From the NCBI GenBank assembly GCA_963677485.1, contig OY781964.1, forward strand, positions 32,001 to 96,000: a stretch of DNA of 64,000 nucleotides. Reading direction: 5' to 3'. Below the pieces are notes generated by a model. The model searched no databases, was not told where the DNA came from, and saw only the letters and a program-made list of their open reading frames with translations. Below, piece after piece: positions 30,139 through 40,726 of this stretch. Position 1 is the first letter of the stretch. Every line of letters begins with the position of its first letter. Source of the stretch: Armatimonadota bacterium (GTDB lineage: Bacteria > Armatimonadota > HRBIN16). The position numbers and the translations under genes were made by a program.

Positions 30139-31730
30139 GATGCCCCTGGACCTTCTTTCACAGGCAGTGAGATGACAAACCGTGCCCCGTGAGGCACGAC
30201 ATCCTCTACCCAGATTCTACCGTCATGATAGCGTACAATTTCGCGGGTGACCGCCAGTCCCAAACCGGTGCCTGAAGTCGACCGGGCGGTGCTGTCGCCG
30301 CGGTAAAACTTATCGAATATTTTCTCACGCTCAGATGGTAGGATACCAGCTCCTTCGTCTTCTATCCAAATTCTGAACTCATTCGTGCCCATCGATACGC
30401 CCATCCGCACAGGACTGTCAGAAGGACTGTAGGCCAGTGCATTGGCCAGCACGTTTTCAAGAGCCCGGGCCATCTGCACGAAATCAACGCAGACCATAGG
30501 AAGGGTGTCTGGCAGCAGCACCTCCACCCTCGGTTTTTGCTTCTGAGGAATCTTTGACAGGGCGCTCCAAATCAGATCGGCCATATCATACCACTCTTTT
30601 TTTGGTTCCCAAGCCGATGATTCCAGGCGTGACAGGTCCAACAAGGCGTTGATGCTGCCCGAAAGGCGGTTCAAGTCTTCCTGCACACTCGCCAGCTCCG
30701 GAGCCACGCTCTCCAGGTTCCACTCCACATCCTCTGAGGCGAGGTTGCTGACTGTCGCAGTGATGGAGGCGATCGGTGTCTTCAGTTCATGTGAGACAGA
30801 GGACATCAGCGTGGACTTGAACCGATCCGCCTCACGCAGCGCATCGGCCTGAACAGCCGCGGTCTGCAGCCGCTTACGCTCCAGAAAAGCCGCTGTTTGA
30901 TTAGCGGCCGCCACCAGCGGACGGACTCCGCTTATCGAATAAGGCTGCCCATCAAACCGCGGACCAACATACAATATCCCTTCCTGCCTGTCAGCAGACT
31001 GTAGCGGGATGTATAAGTCATTACGGCTGCGGTCGGCACCCGCTAGAGTGTGCTCAACCGAAATCGGCCAACCAACAGTCGTAGGGTCTGAGCGTTTGTC
31101 GATGGGTGGTAATCCTACCGCCTTCGATTGCTCGTATGCCCATTCGGCGATGGCCATCACCGATGGTTCAGCAGGCGCTTCTCTCTCACCCACCGAGGTA
31201 AACTCATTAAGCTTCCCCGCTTGATCTGCCAGTAATAGCGCAGCAGTACAAGCTCCGGTAATGTTGAGCACCTCATGCATCAACAGCTCTGCTGTATCCG
31301 CCACAGACGCATCAGACACTAACCGCGCACTGAATTGGTTGAGCATCGCCATCTCGCGTTCGCGGGCCAGAGCCTCCGCTTCGCGGTCGCGCATTCGGCC
31401 CGTCTGCGTGCCCATCGCCGCTGCGACCGCCAAAAACACCAGCAGCGACAACCAGTCCTGAGGGTCATGCACCACTAACGTGTCGTATGGAGGCAAGAAG
31501 AAAAAGTTCCATTGAAAAAACGCCAGAGCGGCTGCCAACAAAGCCGGTTTCACGCCACTCAACCCAGCCACCAAACCCACAATCAGCAGATACAGCAACG
31601 CCCACTGCCCCTTAGCGAAATGCTCGCGGCCAGGTACAAACAGTGCCGTCGCCGCGAACACACACACCACGGCGAACAGGTAGCTATGCTGTTTTATGAA
31701 GGTCTTCAGGTATTTCAACTGAGCAGTCAC
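30135..31730 (-). CDS. kdpD: KdpD membrane/GAF/histidine kinase moiety (no N-terminal sensor domain)
   Basis: Four TMs with WNFFFLPPY, GAF-like region, SVSHELKTP H-box, NALAYS, DEGAGI, GTGLGL. Confidence 0.9.
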   Translation of the reverse strand: MTAQLKYLKTFIKQHSYLFAVVCVFAATALFVPGREHFAKGQWALLYLLIVGLVAGLSGVKPALLAAALAFFQWNFFFLPPYDTLVVHDPQDWLSLLVFLAVAAAMGTQTGRMRDREAEALAREREMAMLNQFSARLVSDASVADTAELLMHEVLNITGACTAALLLADQAGKLNEFTSVGEREAPAEPSVMAIAEWAYEQSKAVGLPPIDKRSDPTTVGWPISVEHTLAGADRSRNDLYIPLQSADRQEGILYVGPRFDGQPYSISGVRPLVAAANQTAAFLERKRLQTAAVQADALREADRFKSTLMSSVSHELKTPIASITATVSNLASEDVEWNLESVAPELASVQEDLNRLSGSINALLDLSRLESSAWEPKKEWYDMADLIWSALSKIPQKQKPRVEVLLPDTLPMVCVDFVQMARALENVLANALAYSPSDSPVRMGVSMGTNEFRIWIEDEGAGILPSEREKIFDKFYRGDSTARSTSGTGLGLAVTREIVRYHDGRIWVEDVVPHGARFVISLPVKEGPGAS

Positions 31731-31789
31731 TCTCTATGGGATAGCGATGCGTGGCAAAGTTTGTGTATGCCGACTGGCGAATCGCTGAC

Positions 31790-31858
31790 TTGGGCGAAGC
31801 ACGCCTCGCCCATGGTTCCTATAACCGTCTTAGGGCGGGGAGACCCCGCCCCTACGAT
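31790..31858. repeat. REP-like hairpins
   Basis: GGGCGAAGCACGCCTCGCCC and AGGGCGGGGAGACCCCGCCCCTACGA; same CCCCTACGA end as 29210-29298. Confidence 0.6.
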
Positions 31859-31886
31859 TCCGTGACCATCGCCCCGCGCGTTACTG

Positions 31887-33833
31887 CTATTCGGCGAAGG
31901 GGTTGATGAAGGTGAAGTCGTTGTACACGTCCGAACAGGCTGTGCCGTTCAGGAACTGAAGGCTGAACTGCGCCTCCTGCGCTCGCCTGGCGATCCGCCA
32001 AACCAGCGTGTTGCGCCCCTTCAGCAGCTTCTGTTTGATGATGTGCGCGTTCTCCACCGTCCACCAGTCCACATTGTCCCGCCGGCTAACCTCCACACCG
32101 TTCAACCACAACCGGTAAGCATCGGTATGCCCCAGTGTGATGCCCACCTCGCGCTCTTCTGGACAGTCAAACTGCTGCGTCATGATCAGTGCACATGGCC
32201 CCTGGTAACTCATCACGTCGCCCACCCGGAATAGGTCTTCGTGGATGTTGACCATCATGGCACGCTTGGCCACATCCATCGTGTCGAAGTTCAACTCAGC
32301 AGCGATCTTCAGTGGATCGAGTTCCATCGCATCAAGGTCGACGCGTGCGTTGAGGTGGTAGCATCGCACCTGGTCAATGATGTCCTGCTCCCCCTCGCCC
32401 TTGATGTGGGCGTAGTAGCTCTCGCCTGGCTTCAACTGGCTCATATCGGCATTGTTCACCCAGAACGGGCCATAGGCTGCCCATATGGCCGCTCCATTCA
32501 TTCCAAACTGGTGCTTGAATTCGGCTCCATCTTCTGTCCGGATGGCGAGTTTGATGATGTTGGTCTGCACCATTTTTGGGAGGCTGGCGGGCACGCTGAG
32601 GTCAATGCTGACATAGGCGGCTTGATTGGGCACCAGGATGAGTTCCTGCTGCTGCCAGTCGCTGCTCCATCCCTCCGGCACGTTGAGGCTCAACTGGGCT
32701 GAACTGCGTGTTGACAGCCTGTTTGTGATCTTGATCTGCACGCGGCGAGTTTCACCCAATCCGATGCTGGGCAGTGTCTCATACTGTGTCTCGCATTCGA
32801 CCATGGCAGGTTCTGTCAGCTTGATCTGCGGTGCAGGGGGTGCATTGGTGATTTTGACCTGCTTGTTGGTGTGCTCCGCGAAGTGAAGCCCGACCATACA
32901 GGTATCCTCGCTGAGGTGCAGCAGCCGGTCAGACCGCCGTGTGACATTCACCCCAAGAACATAGCCGGGGTCCTGCAGGTTGTATTGCGCCTGCAGAGAG
33001 GCTGCTCCCTGGATGATGCCCAGGATCGATCCCGCGGTCGCACAGGTGCAGTCCGTGTCGTAGCCCGCATTCAAGGCGATCATCGTGGTATCCATGAAGT
33101 CCATATTGCCGAACTTCAAGCTCATCAACGCAAATCCGAAGTTCTGAATGGAGTTGGTACAGTCTGGGTGACCATAGTGCCGGATGATATAGCCGCGAAC
33201 CTGCTGCCAGCAGCTCTCGCTTTCGCACCAGCCGAGTGTGTCGGTCACCACGCGGCGCAGCTTGCAGTCCTGAGGCACCACTGACAGCCCAATCTCGAAT
33301 AGCTTATCGAGATCGTGTTCGAAGAACGCAGCCGCCTCAACCGCCGCCAGGAACCGCTCGCCGTAGACGCTGTTGCCAGCATGGTCCATGATGCCATCTT
33401 TACTGGCCAGTTCGGCGGCCAGCATGGGGTTTCCGGGTGCCACACAGGCCCAGATCTCGCTGCGGATGGGGCAGCCGTTCCCCTCGCGGTAGTAGTAGTT
33501 GTTGAACAGGCCGCTCATGGGCGGCATGATGCCCAGGCGATAGTTGCGCCGGAAGGTGGCATACTCACCAGGAGCGTATGGGCAGAGCTCCGCAAAGGAC
33601 TTGGCCAGGTCAAGGGTGGTGAAATTCACACCTTTTTGCTCCAGCACATCCAGCCACAGCACTTGCAGGTCAAGGTCGTCATTTGGCAGCATACTGGCGA
33701 TCATCGCGGGGTCATAAGCGAAATCGAACAGCTCTTTGGCTCCCTCATATGGGGCTCCGATGGTGCCGCTGATGCATTTGCCCAGCCAGCATCCGTAGAC
33801 TCGGTCCAAGTATTCGGTATATGTAATCTGCAT
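31887..33833 (-). CDS. ADP-ribosylglycohydrolase family protein with C-terminal beta-sandwich domains
   Basis: GCWLGKCISGTIGAPYEG, PNDDLD, IRSEIW, GYDTDCT motifs. Confidence 0.88.
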   Translation of the reverse strand: MQITYTEYLDRVYGCWLGKCISGTIGAPYEGAKELFDFAYDPAMIASMLPNDDLDLQVLWLDVLEQKGVNFTTLDLAKSFAELCPYAPGEYATFRRNYRLGIMPPMSGLFNNYYYREGNGCPIRSEIWACVAPGNPMLAAELASKDGIMDHAGNSVYGERFLAAVEAAAFFEHDLDKLFEIGLSVVPQDCKLRRVVTDTLGWCESESCWQQVRGYIIRHYGHPDCTNSIQNFGFALMSLKFGNMDFMDTTMIALNAGYDTDCTCATAGSILGIIQGAASLQAQYNLQDPGYVLGVNVTRRSDRLLHLSEDTCMVGLHFAEHTNKQVKITNAPPAPQIKLTEPAMVECETQYETLPSIGLGETRRVQIKITNRLSTRSSAQLSLNVPEGWSSDWQQQELILVPNQAAYVSIDLSVPASLPKMVQTNIIKLAIRTEDGAEFKHQFGMNGAAIWAAYGPFWVNNADMSQLKPGESYYAHIKGEGEQDIIDQVRCYHLNARVDLDAMELDPLKIAAELNFDTMDVAKRAMMVNIHEDLFRVGDVMSYQGPCALIMTQQFDCPEEREVGITLGHTDAYRLWLNGVEVSRRDNVDWWTVENAHIIKQKLLKGRNTLVWRIARRAQEAQFSLQFLNGTACSDVYNDFTFINPFAE

Positions 33834-34018
33834 GAAGATTCTCCTGAGTGTTTTTATTAGATTCGTTGACGACAGGCGAATTTCCTGTTCCATGATGGTT
33901 CATTTTAAGGATCATTGCTGATTCTGGCCGTAACTGGTAGGAATTTCGAGTTACTCCAATGAATAATAGAGGTAGAGTTCAGCACGATAACACACGATCG
34001 AATTAGGAGAATGGACCC

Positions 34019-36112
34019 ATGAAGTCGCTTCAGAAGTTTCTGCAGTCACAACAATCGGGATTGATTCTTGTCATATTCGCCGTCATCACAATACTCAGCC
34101 TGTTTGCAGGCTGGCATATGGATGGCAGCGGGAACAACATCAATAACTTTATGAACCCGAACACCTTAATGCAAACCGCCACCGACACCAGCTTCTTCGC
34201 CATTATGGCGATTGGTGTCACGATGGTCATTTTAACCGGAGGCATCGACCTCTCGGTAGGCTCAATTTACGCGCTATCCGGTGTCGCCATGGCGATGACA
34301 CTCCGAGGCTGCGGGCTCGAGAACGGGCCAGTCGGCCTGCTGACCGGGTTGGCGCTCTGTATCGTCATCGGGCTTGGTGCCGGTATTATCAACGGCCTGA
34401 TGGTGGTCAAACTGAAAGTTCACCCATTCATCATCACCCTGGGCACGATGTGGATATACAGGGGCATCGCCTTTGTCATCAGCAAGGCCGAGAGCATTCT
34501 TGTTCCCAACGCAGTCACCGCAATCATCAAAAGCAACTTTGGTTTGTCAGGGGCCATCTACCCTGTACCACTTTTAATCGTATTAGTATTTGCCATCATA
34601 GGCGAAGTGTTTTTGATGAAGTCTGTTATGGGCCGCAACATTTATGCAGTCGGAGGCAACGAGCAGGCCGCGCGCTACGCGGGTATTCGTGTGGACAAAA
34701 CCCTTGCCACAGTGTATGCCATATCGGGCCTGATGGCTGGTCTGGCCGCGTTCCTCGGCAGCGTGTATTACGGCTCCTCATCATCCAATGACGCCAACGG
34801 ATACGAGCTGTTTGTCATCGCATCTGCAGTCGTTGGTGGTGCCAGCCTGCTGGGTGGTAAAGGTACCGCGGTAGGTGCCGTTCTCGGTGCCTTCTTGATC
34901 GTGTTGATCAGGCAGTCTATCCGCACATTGCACTTTGACCAGAACTACGAAATGATCATCATTGGCCTCGCCATTGTGATCGCCGTGGTCATTGATCAAG
35001 CAAGCCAGGCCTTCCAGAAGCGTCAGTTGGCGATGGCCGTTGACGAAAAGCAGATCGCCAAGTCTAAAAAGCAAGCCATTCTGACAGGTGTGGGTTTGGT
35101 GGTGTTAGTCATCATGATGGTTGGCAACGAGATGGCTCACAAGATGAACTCCGCTGCCAGACCAGAAAGCCTCAAAATCGCCATGATCGCCAAATCAAGC
35201 AGCAACCCGGTATTCCTGAGTGCCCGTGTAGGTGCCGAAGCAGCCGCAGCGGACCTCAGCAAGAAGACCGGTGTGAAAATCACCATAGACTGGCGAACCC
35301 CTAACGTGGAAGACGGTCAGGTCCAGGCAGTGCGTCTGGCACAAGCCGTCAATGAAGGGGCCAATGCAGCCCTGATTAGCTGCTCCGATGCCAGTAAAAT
35401 TACTGGTGCCATCGACGACGCCGTCGCACGTGGCGTGGCCGTGATGACCTTCGACAGTGATGCGCCTAACTCAAAGCGGTTTGCATTCTACGGCACCAAT
35501 GACGCCGATTGCGGTGCCCAAACCATGCGCGAACTTGTTAAGCAGATGAACGGTAAAGGCACCGTAGCGATACTCGGCGGTAACCAGAACGCGCCGAACC
35601 TGCAAGCCCGCGTAAAAGGTGCCCTTGCAGAGGCCAAGAAGTATCCTGGCATCAAGATCGCAGGCGAGTTCTACCACCCCGAGACCCCTCAGGACGCCGC
35701 TGCTGAAGTGGTGCGCGACATGAACGCCTATCCTGACATCACCGGCTGGGCCATGATCGGTGGATGGCCGCTATTCACTAAGACACTGCTCACCGACCTC
35801 GACCCCACGAAGGTCAAAGTGGTTTCAGTCGATGCACTTCCGGCAGAGCTGCCGTACATCATCAAGGACATCGCACCGGTGCTGCTGGCACAACCCACCT
35901 ACCTTTGGGGGTATACCTCGGTCAGCAAGATCGTCGACAAGATGGTCTACAAAAAAGCAGTTCCTGAAATCAACAAAATGGAACTCGTGAAAGTCGATAT
36001 CAGCAATATCGGCACCTGGGCTCGTCAGTTGGAAAAATGGGGATTCACCGACGTACCTCCGGAAATGCTGAAAATGACACCTAATGGCATCATCGACCTA
36101 CCGAAAGAATAA
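34019..36112 (+). CDS. Sugar ABC transporter: RbsC-like permease fused to RbsB-like substrate-binding domain
   Basis: GGIDLSVGS, PFIITLG, GGNEQAA, ASAVVGGASL.GG.G permease motifs, then a TM and a periplasmic binding fold (NPVF, FDSD, YGTND). Confidence 0.9.
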   Translation: MKSLQKFLQSQQSGLILVIFAVITILSLFAGWHMDGSGNNINNFMNPNTLMQTATDTSFFAIMAIGVTMVILTGGIDLSVGSIYALSGVAMAMTLRGCGLENGPVGLLTGLALCIVIGLGAGIINGLMVVKLKVHPFIITLGTMWIYRGIAFVISKAESILVPNAVTAIIKSNFGLSGAIYPVPLLIVLVFAIIGEVFLMKSVMGRNIYAVGGNEQAARYAGIRVDKTLATVYAISGLMAGLAAFLGSVYYGSSSSNDANGYELFVIASAVVGGASLLGGKGTAVGAVLGAFLIVLIRQSIRTLHFDQNYEMIIIGLAIVIAVVIDQASQAFQKRQLAMAVDEKQIAKSKKQAILTGVGLVVLVIMMVGNEMAHKMNSAARPESLKIAMIAKSSSNPVFLSARVGAEAAAADLSKKTGVKITIDWRTPNVEDGQVQAVRLAQAVNEGANAALISCSDASKITGAIDDAVARGVAVMTFDSDAPNSKRFAFYGTNDADCGAQTMRELVKQMNGKGTVAILGGNQNAPNLQARVKGALAEAKKYPGIKIAGEFYHPETPQDAAAEVVRDMNAYPDITGWAMIGGWPLFTKTLLTDLDPTKVKVVSVDALPAELPYIIKDIAPVLLAQPTYLWGYTSVSKIVDKMVYKKAVPEINKMELVKVDISNIGTWARQLEKWGFTDVPPEMLKMTPNGIIDLPKE

Positions 36113-36123
36113 GGGGGTTCGGA

Positions 36124-37626
36124 ATGAAAAACAACACGAAATCCCCTATTGTGGAGTTCGTCAAGGTCAACAAGCGGTTCCCTGGTGTTCACGCCTTGAA
36201 GGATGTTTGCCTAAGCATTAAAACAGGCAGCATCCATGGCTTGATGGGTGAAAATGGGGCAGGAAAAAGCACGCTGGGAAAGGCACTAGCTGGTATCCAC
36301 GCCATAGATGATGGTCAGATACTCATCGATGGCAAACCGGCCAGTATCGTGGATCCCAACAGCGCGATGGAATATGGCATCGCGATGGTGCATCAGGAGC
36401 TGGCCTTCTGCGAGAACTTGAGTGTGGCCGAGAATCTATGCCTGGGACAGTTGCCGCTCAAAGGCCACTTCGTCGACAGCGACAAGATGCGGGCGACCGC
36501 TCAGACCATGCTGGACAGCATCGGCTTCAAAGTCGATCTGGATCGGCAAATGGGCGCACTCACTGTAGGGCAGCAGCAAATGGTGCAGATCGCCTCGGCG
36601 GTCAGCCGAGGTGCCAGGGTGCTGGTGTTTGATGAGCCGACCAGCTCACTGTCCGAGCCTGATGCCGAACGGCTGTTTGCGCTAATCAAGCAGCTACAGA
36701 CCAAAGGCGTCACCAGCATCTACGTATCGCATCGCATGGCTGAGGTATTCAAGCTGTGCGATGACATCTCCGTTCTGCGCGATGGCGAACACGTCGCTAC
36801 CAAGGCTGCCAGTGAACTCGATGAACACAGTCTGGTCGGTTTGATGATCGGCCGCGAGTTGAACGTCTACGAATCCCAATCGGCTATTCAGCCACTTGGT
36901 GAAGAGGCCCTCCGAGTGGAAGGGCTCTGCCTGCCTGGCAAGTTTCAGGATGTCAGCTTCAGCTTGAAGCGTGGCGAAATACTGGGGTTCGCCGGTCTGG
37001 TGGGCTCGGGCCGCACAGAAATCGCAGAGGTGCTGTTCGGGCTGCATCCTGAGGCCACAGGCAAGTTATGGCTCAATGGGAAGCCCCATTCGCTGCCAGA
37101 GTCCGTTCAGCAGGCACGTGAATTAGGCCTGGGCCTCGCCCCTGAGGACCGTAAGCGTCACGGTCTGATACTGGGGATGAGCTGCAGGTCTAATATCACC
37201 CTACCGATCCTTGCCTCCCTGTCCAACAACGGTTGGGTAGATGACGAGAAGGAAAAGAAGGTATCCGGGAGTTACTTCGAAAAGATGCAGGTGAAGGCCC
37301 CCAACATGGAGGTTCTGGCCGGCAGCCTTTCTGGCGGCAACCAGCAGAAGCTGGTGATTGCCCGCTGGCTGGCAGCCAACTGCGGTCTGTTGATCGTGGA
37401 TGAGCCCACCCGTGGGGTGGATGTGGGAGCCAAGGCTGAAATCCACGGCCTGCTTGATCAGTTGGCGTGCTCAGGATCGGGGATTATGCTCATCTCCAGC
37501 GAACTGCCGGAGCTGCTCATGCTCTCTCACCGCGTGGTCGTGATGCGCGAAGGTAAGATGATGGGCATCTTGACACGGGAGCAGGCGACTCAGGACGCCA
37601 TCCTGCGCCTGATGACCGGCGTGTAA
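36124..37626 (+). CDS. Sugar ABC transporter ATP-binding protein (RbsA-like, two NBDs)
   Basis: GENGAGKST, FDEPT, GLVGSGRTE, LSGGNQQK, DEPTRGVDVGAK. Confidence 0.95.
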   Translation: MKNNTKSPIVEFVKVNKRFPGVHALKDVCLSIKTGSIHGLMGENGAGKSTLGKALAGIHAIDDGQILIDGKPASIVDPNSAMEYGIAMVHQELAFCENLSVAENLCLGQLPLKGHFVDSDKMRATAQTMLDSIGFKVDLDRQMGALTVGQQQMVQIASAVSRGARVLVFDEPTSSLSEPDAERLFALIKQLQTKGVTSIYVSHRMAEVFKLCDDISVLRDGEHVATKAASELDEHSLVGLMIGRELNVYESQSAIQPLGEEALRVEGLCLPGKFQDVSFSLKRGEILGFAGLVGSGRTEIAEVLFGLHPEATGKLWLNGKPHSLPESVQQARELGLGLAPEDRKRHGLILGMSCRSNITLPILASLSNNGWVDDEKEKKVSGSYFEKMQVKAPNMEVLAGSLSGGNQQKLVIARWLAANCGLLIVDEPTRGVDVGAKAEIHGLLDQLACSGSGIMLISSELPELLMLSHRVVVMREGKMMGILTREQATQDAILRLMTGV

Positions 37627-37653
37627 GCAAGAGGCCCTTTCCGCTACGAATCG

Positions 37654-37691
37654 ATAATGCCGGTATGATTTCGCGATCATACCGGCATTAT
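37654..37691. terminator. Bidirectional terminator-like hairpin
   Basis: ATAATGCCGGTATGAT-N6-ATCATACCGGCATTAT, perfect 16 bp stem between convergent genes. Confidence 0.8.
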
Positions 37692-37729
37692 ATGTCGAAA
37701 GACGGGCAGTTCACGCAGGATCAAGCGGA

Positions 37730-38896
37730 CTAGGTGTTCATCAGCCGGTGATACAGATGGCAGGTATTATCAGCGATCACATTCCAGTCATACTCATGCA
37801 AATCTGTGTTTACGAGTCCTTGCTGTAACCTGAGGCGTAGCTTTAAATCTGTCACCACCGTCCTTAAGGCATTAGCCAGAGCAGCGACATCACCCGGTGC
37901 GACCAGCAGTGCGTTCTCATTATGCTTCAATATCTCCTTAAACCCATCAAGCTCACTAGCCACAATCGCTTTACGGTGAACAACCCCTGTCAACAGCGCC
38001 CCGCTGTTATCAATCGCACGATACGGATATACTAAGACGTCAGCCGCGCTGTGCAGTTGTGCCGCCTCATCTTCAGACACATATCGATATGTCTCTCGGG
38101 TTTTTCTAAGCGCATCTTCCCTCAGTTGGCAGTGAACCTGTTCCTGCTCTTTACTTGTGGCATACCCTACGAGATACATCACCGCATCGTCTATATCGCT
38201 AACCGCTTGGGACCATGCCTGCGCCAGTATATCAAACCCTTTATAAGGTCTCATGAGCCCTAGTGCCAACAACATCACCGTATCTGGTGATATGCCGAGT
38301 TGGGCTCGTGCCTGGTTGTATTCCACTGGCTTGGCTGTTTGCAGCAACCCATGCCGAATAATGCAGATACGCTCTGAACGGACCTGCATCTCGTCAATAA
38401 GGCGTTGCCTGGCGGTCTCACCATGTGTAATGATCATCTGCGGGAGTTGATACATAGCCCGATACGCCTGTTTATACCGGTCACCGGAGTTATGGGGAAC
38501 TGTATTATGTGCCGTATAAACACACCGTAAACCATGTAGTTGAAGATACTTCAACACCCGGGGCTCGATCTCGCTTTGCCCTAAAAGTGGGAACCATTGA
38601 AAATGGACCAGGTCATACCTTCGTGGGGCGATATAGGCAAGTTTTACTAAGTTGATGATGTAGTTCCCTGCCCGTCCCATCGTTCGGACCGGTGCCGGAA
38701 CCGCCGCTGTATTCAAGCGGCTCACCCTGACCCATGGTGCCCTCAGCGCATCGCGGTGATCATCGAGATACCGAAGCCGATCAAAAGCGAAATCAATGTC
38801 AAATCCGGGTTGATTCCTTAAGTGTTCGGCAAGAGTGAAGTAATAAAATGATCCATAAATCATCAAATCTGCGAGGCATACACGGATTTTGCTCAT
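37730..38896 (-). CDS. GT4 glycosyltransferase
   Basis: TAHNTVPH, GLMRPYKG, ADVLVYPY, LVAPGDVAALA. Confidence 0.88.
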   Translation of the reverse strand: MSKIRVCLADLMIYGSFYYFTLAEHLRNQPGFDIDFAFDRLRYLDDHRDALRAPWVRVSRLNTAAVPAPVRTMGRAGNYIINLVKLAYIAPRRYDLVHFQWFPLLGQSEIEPRVLKYLQLHGLRCVYTAHNTVPHNSGDRYKQAYRAMYQLPQMIITHGETARQRLIDEMQVRSERICIIRHGLLQTAKPVEYNQARAQLGISPDTVMLLALGLMRPYKGFDILAQAWSQAVSDIDDAVMYLVGYATSKEQEQVHCQLREDALRKTRETYRYVSEDEAAQLHSAADVLVYPYRAIDNSGALLTGVVHRKAIVASELDGFKEILKHNENALLVAPGDVAALANALRTVVTDLKLRLRLQQGLVNTDLHEYDWNVIADNTCHLYHRLMNT

Positions 38897-40041
38897 CGAT
38901 GTGCTTGCCTTGATATCTGCTCAAACAGGCTCAGATACTTTGCACAAACGGATTCGATGCGAAATTGGTCAGGGCAAGTGGGCGGTATATCACGCATTTT
39001 TGCGTACAATGCTCCGTTGATGGCAGCGGCAAGTTCAGCTGGATTCGCCGCTACTGGCTGATATTCTTGGCCTAATACTCTATATATCTCTGCAGTCCCA
39101 CCTGGGATATCCGTGCTGATAACACGAGCTCCCACGGAAAGAGCTTCTATCAGCACTGTGGGAAGTGCTTCATACTTTGAGCACATCACCATAAGCCTGC
39201 ACCTGGACATCCATTCACCCGGATACGGATGATAACCCAGAAACTTAACTCTCTGGGCGACGCCTAGCTCAGAAGCAAGCCTACCAAGGGCATCACGCTC
39301 AGGTCCGTCGCCTATGATCAGCAGATCATAGGCATCATCTACTGACTGCATGGCACGTATAAGCAGGTCATAGCGCTTCTCATGAGCAAGCCTGCCACAG
39401 GCAAGTATGAACGGTCTTTGCTGCGATGGTATCTCCTGATTCTCACCTTCTGGCGCCTTCACCGGAAGCACAGGGTTGTAGATCACATGCCCATTCGGTA
39501 GAGATGATGACCAATGAACACGCATATCATCAAGAACGGCCTGCGATACGCACACGATGGCATCGGCTTTTTGGAATACTGGTTTGTAGCATCCAACCCG
39601 CAATTTGCCTGCTATCCCAGCGAAGTTTTCAGCCATGCTGATCATACTGTGACATGTCACGACCACCTTCGGTTTGCGACTGCCACATAGCTGGGCAGCC
39701 CATACAGCGCCCACATTGGCGTATGACTTAGCAGACACAAGAACATCGGGACGGTCACATCGCAGCCGATGAACCAATTTCGGGATAGTCATGAGAAACC
39801 GGGTGGCACCTACCGAATGCTGAGTAATTCCCTCAACTAGACGTCCTTCGAATTCGCCTCCCGGTATGGCATGATAAGCCGATACATCAACACCCCGCTG
39901 ATGCAACCCATTCGCAAGAGCGGCCAACACCTGTTCTACACCACCGAGTTTTAGGGAAGGGAATAAAAACGCGACCTTCAACTCATCCGCCCCCGCGTGC
40001 AAAACTGACATACTGCTGAATAGTGCCCTCTGGTGCTCCAT
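38893..40041 (-). CDS. GT4 glycosyltransferase (true start probably near 39982)
   Basis: LGGVE, IYNPV, CGRLAHEK, GDGPER, SKYEALPTVLIEA. Confidence 0.88.
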   Translation of the reverse strand: MEHQRALFSSMSVLHAGADELKVAFLFPSLKLGGVEQVLAALANGLHQRGVDVSAYHAIPGGEFEGRLVEGITQHSVGATRFLMTIPKLVHRLRCDRPDVLVSAKSYANVGAVWAAQLCGSRKPKVVVTCHSMISMAENFAGIAGKLRVGCYKPVFQKADAIVCVSQAVLDDMRVHWSSSLPNGHVIYNPVLPVKAPEGENQEIPSQQRPFILACGRLAHEKRYDLLIRAMQSVDDAYDLLIIGDGPERDALGRLASELGVAQRVKFLGYHPYPGEWMSRCRLMVMCSKYEALPTVLIEALSVGARVISTDIPGGTAEIYRVLGQEYQPVAANPAELAAAINGALYAKMRDIPPTCPDQFRIESVCAKYLSLFEQISRQAHR

Positions 40042-40726
40042 CGGCCACTACACGTCCCTCTCGCATCCACACGCAGCGTGTCGCCACCTCACGCACCTGG
40101 TGCATGTCATGTGACACCAGAATGATCGCGCAGTTCTGCTCTTGGAACTGCCGAATCTTCTTGATGCACTTTTGCTGGAACGACTCGTCACCCACCGCCA
40201 GTGCCTCATCTATCAGCAACACGTCCGGCTGAGTATGCACCGCCACAGAGAAGCCCAGCCGAAGCACCATCCCGCTGCTATAACTATGCACTGGCGCATC
40301 AATGAATCGGTCCAGCTCCGAAAAGGCGATAATATCCGCCAGCCGCTCTTGAACCTCAGCACGTGTGAGCCCCAAAATGATGCCGTTAAAGGTGATGTTC
40401 TCTAACCCGGTCAGGTCAGGATGAAATCCCACTCCCAGTTGCAGCAAGGGGGCCACGCGTCCGGAGCAGATCACAGAGCCGCTGGTGGGTATGAGCACCT
40501 TAGCGATGATCCCCAGCAAGGTGCTCTTCCCACTGCCATTGCTGCCCAGCAAAGCCACGGTCTCGCCTGGTGAGACCGTCAGGTTGACGTCGTCCAGCGC
40601 ACGGAACCGCTCTACCCGCGTGCGATACCTGAGTATGCTCAGCAGGATGCCCTTCAGCGAACCGCTGGCGGCGTGCTGAAGGTTGAACTCCTTGGTGAGG
40701 TGGTCAATAATCAGGGGTGTGCTCAT
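39983..40726 (-). CDS. wzt: Polysaccharide ABC exporter ATPase (Wzt/TagH-like, no C-terminal CBM)
   Basis: GSNGSGKST, GFHPDLTG.EN, YSSGM, IDEALAVGD..FQ.KC. Confidence 0.92.
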   Translation of the reverse strand: MSTPLIIDHLTKEFNLQHAASGSLKGILLSILRYRTRVERFRALDDVNLTVSPGETVALLGSNGSGKSTLLGIIAKVLIPTSGSVICSGRVAPLLQLGVGFHPDLTGLENITFNGIILGLTRAEVQERLADIIAFSELDRFIDAPVHSYSSGMVLRLGFSVAVHTQPDVLLIDEALAVGDESFQQKCIKKIRQFQEQNCAIILVSHDMHQVREVATRCVWMREGRVVADGAPEGTIQQYVSFARGGG

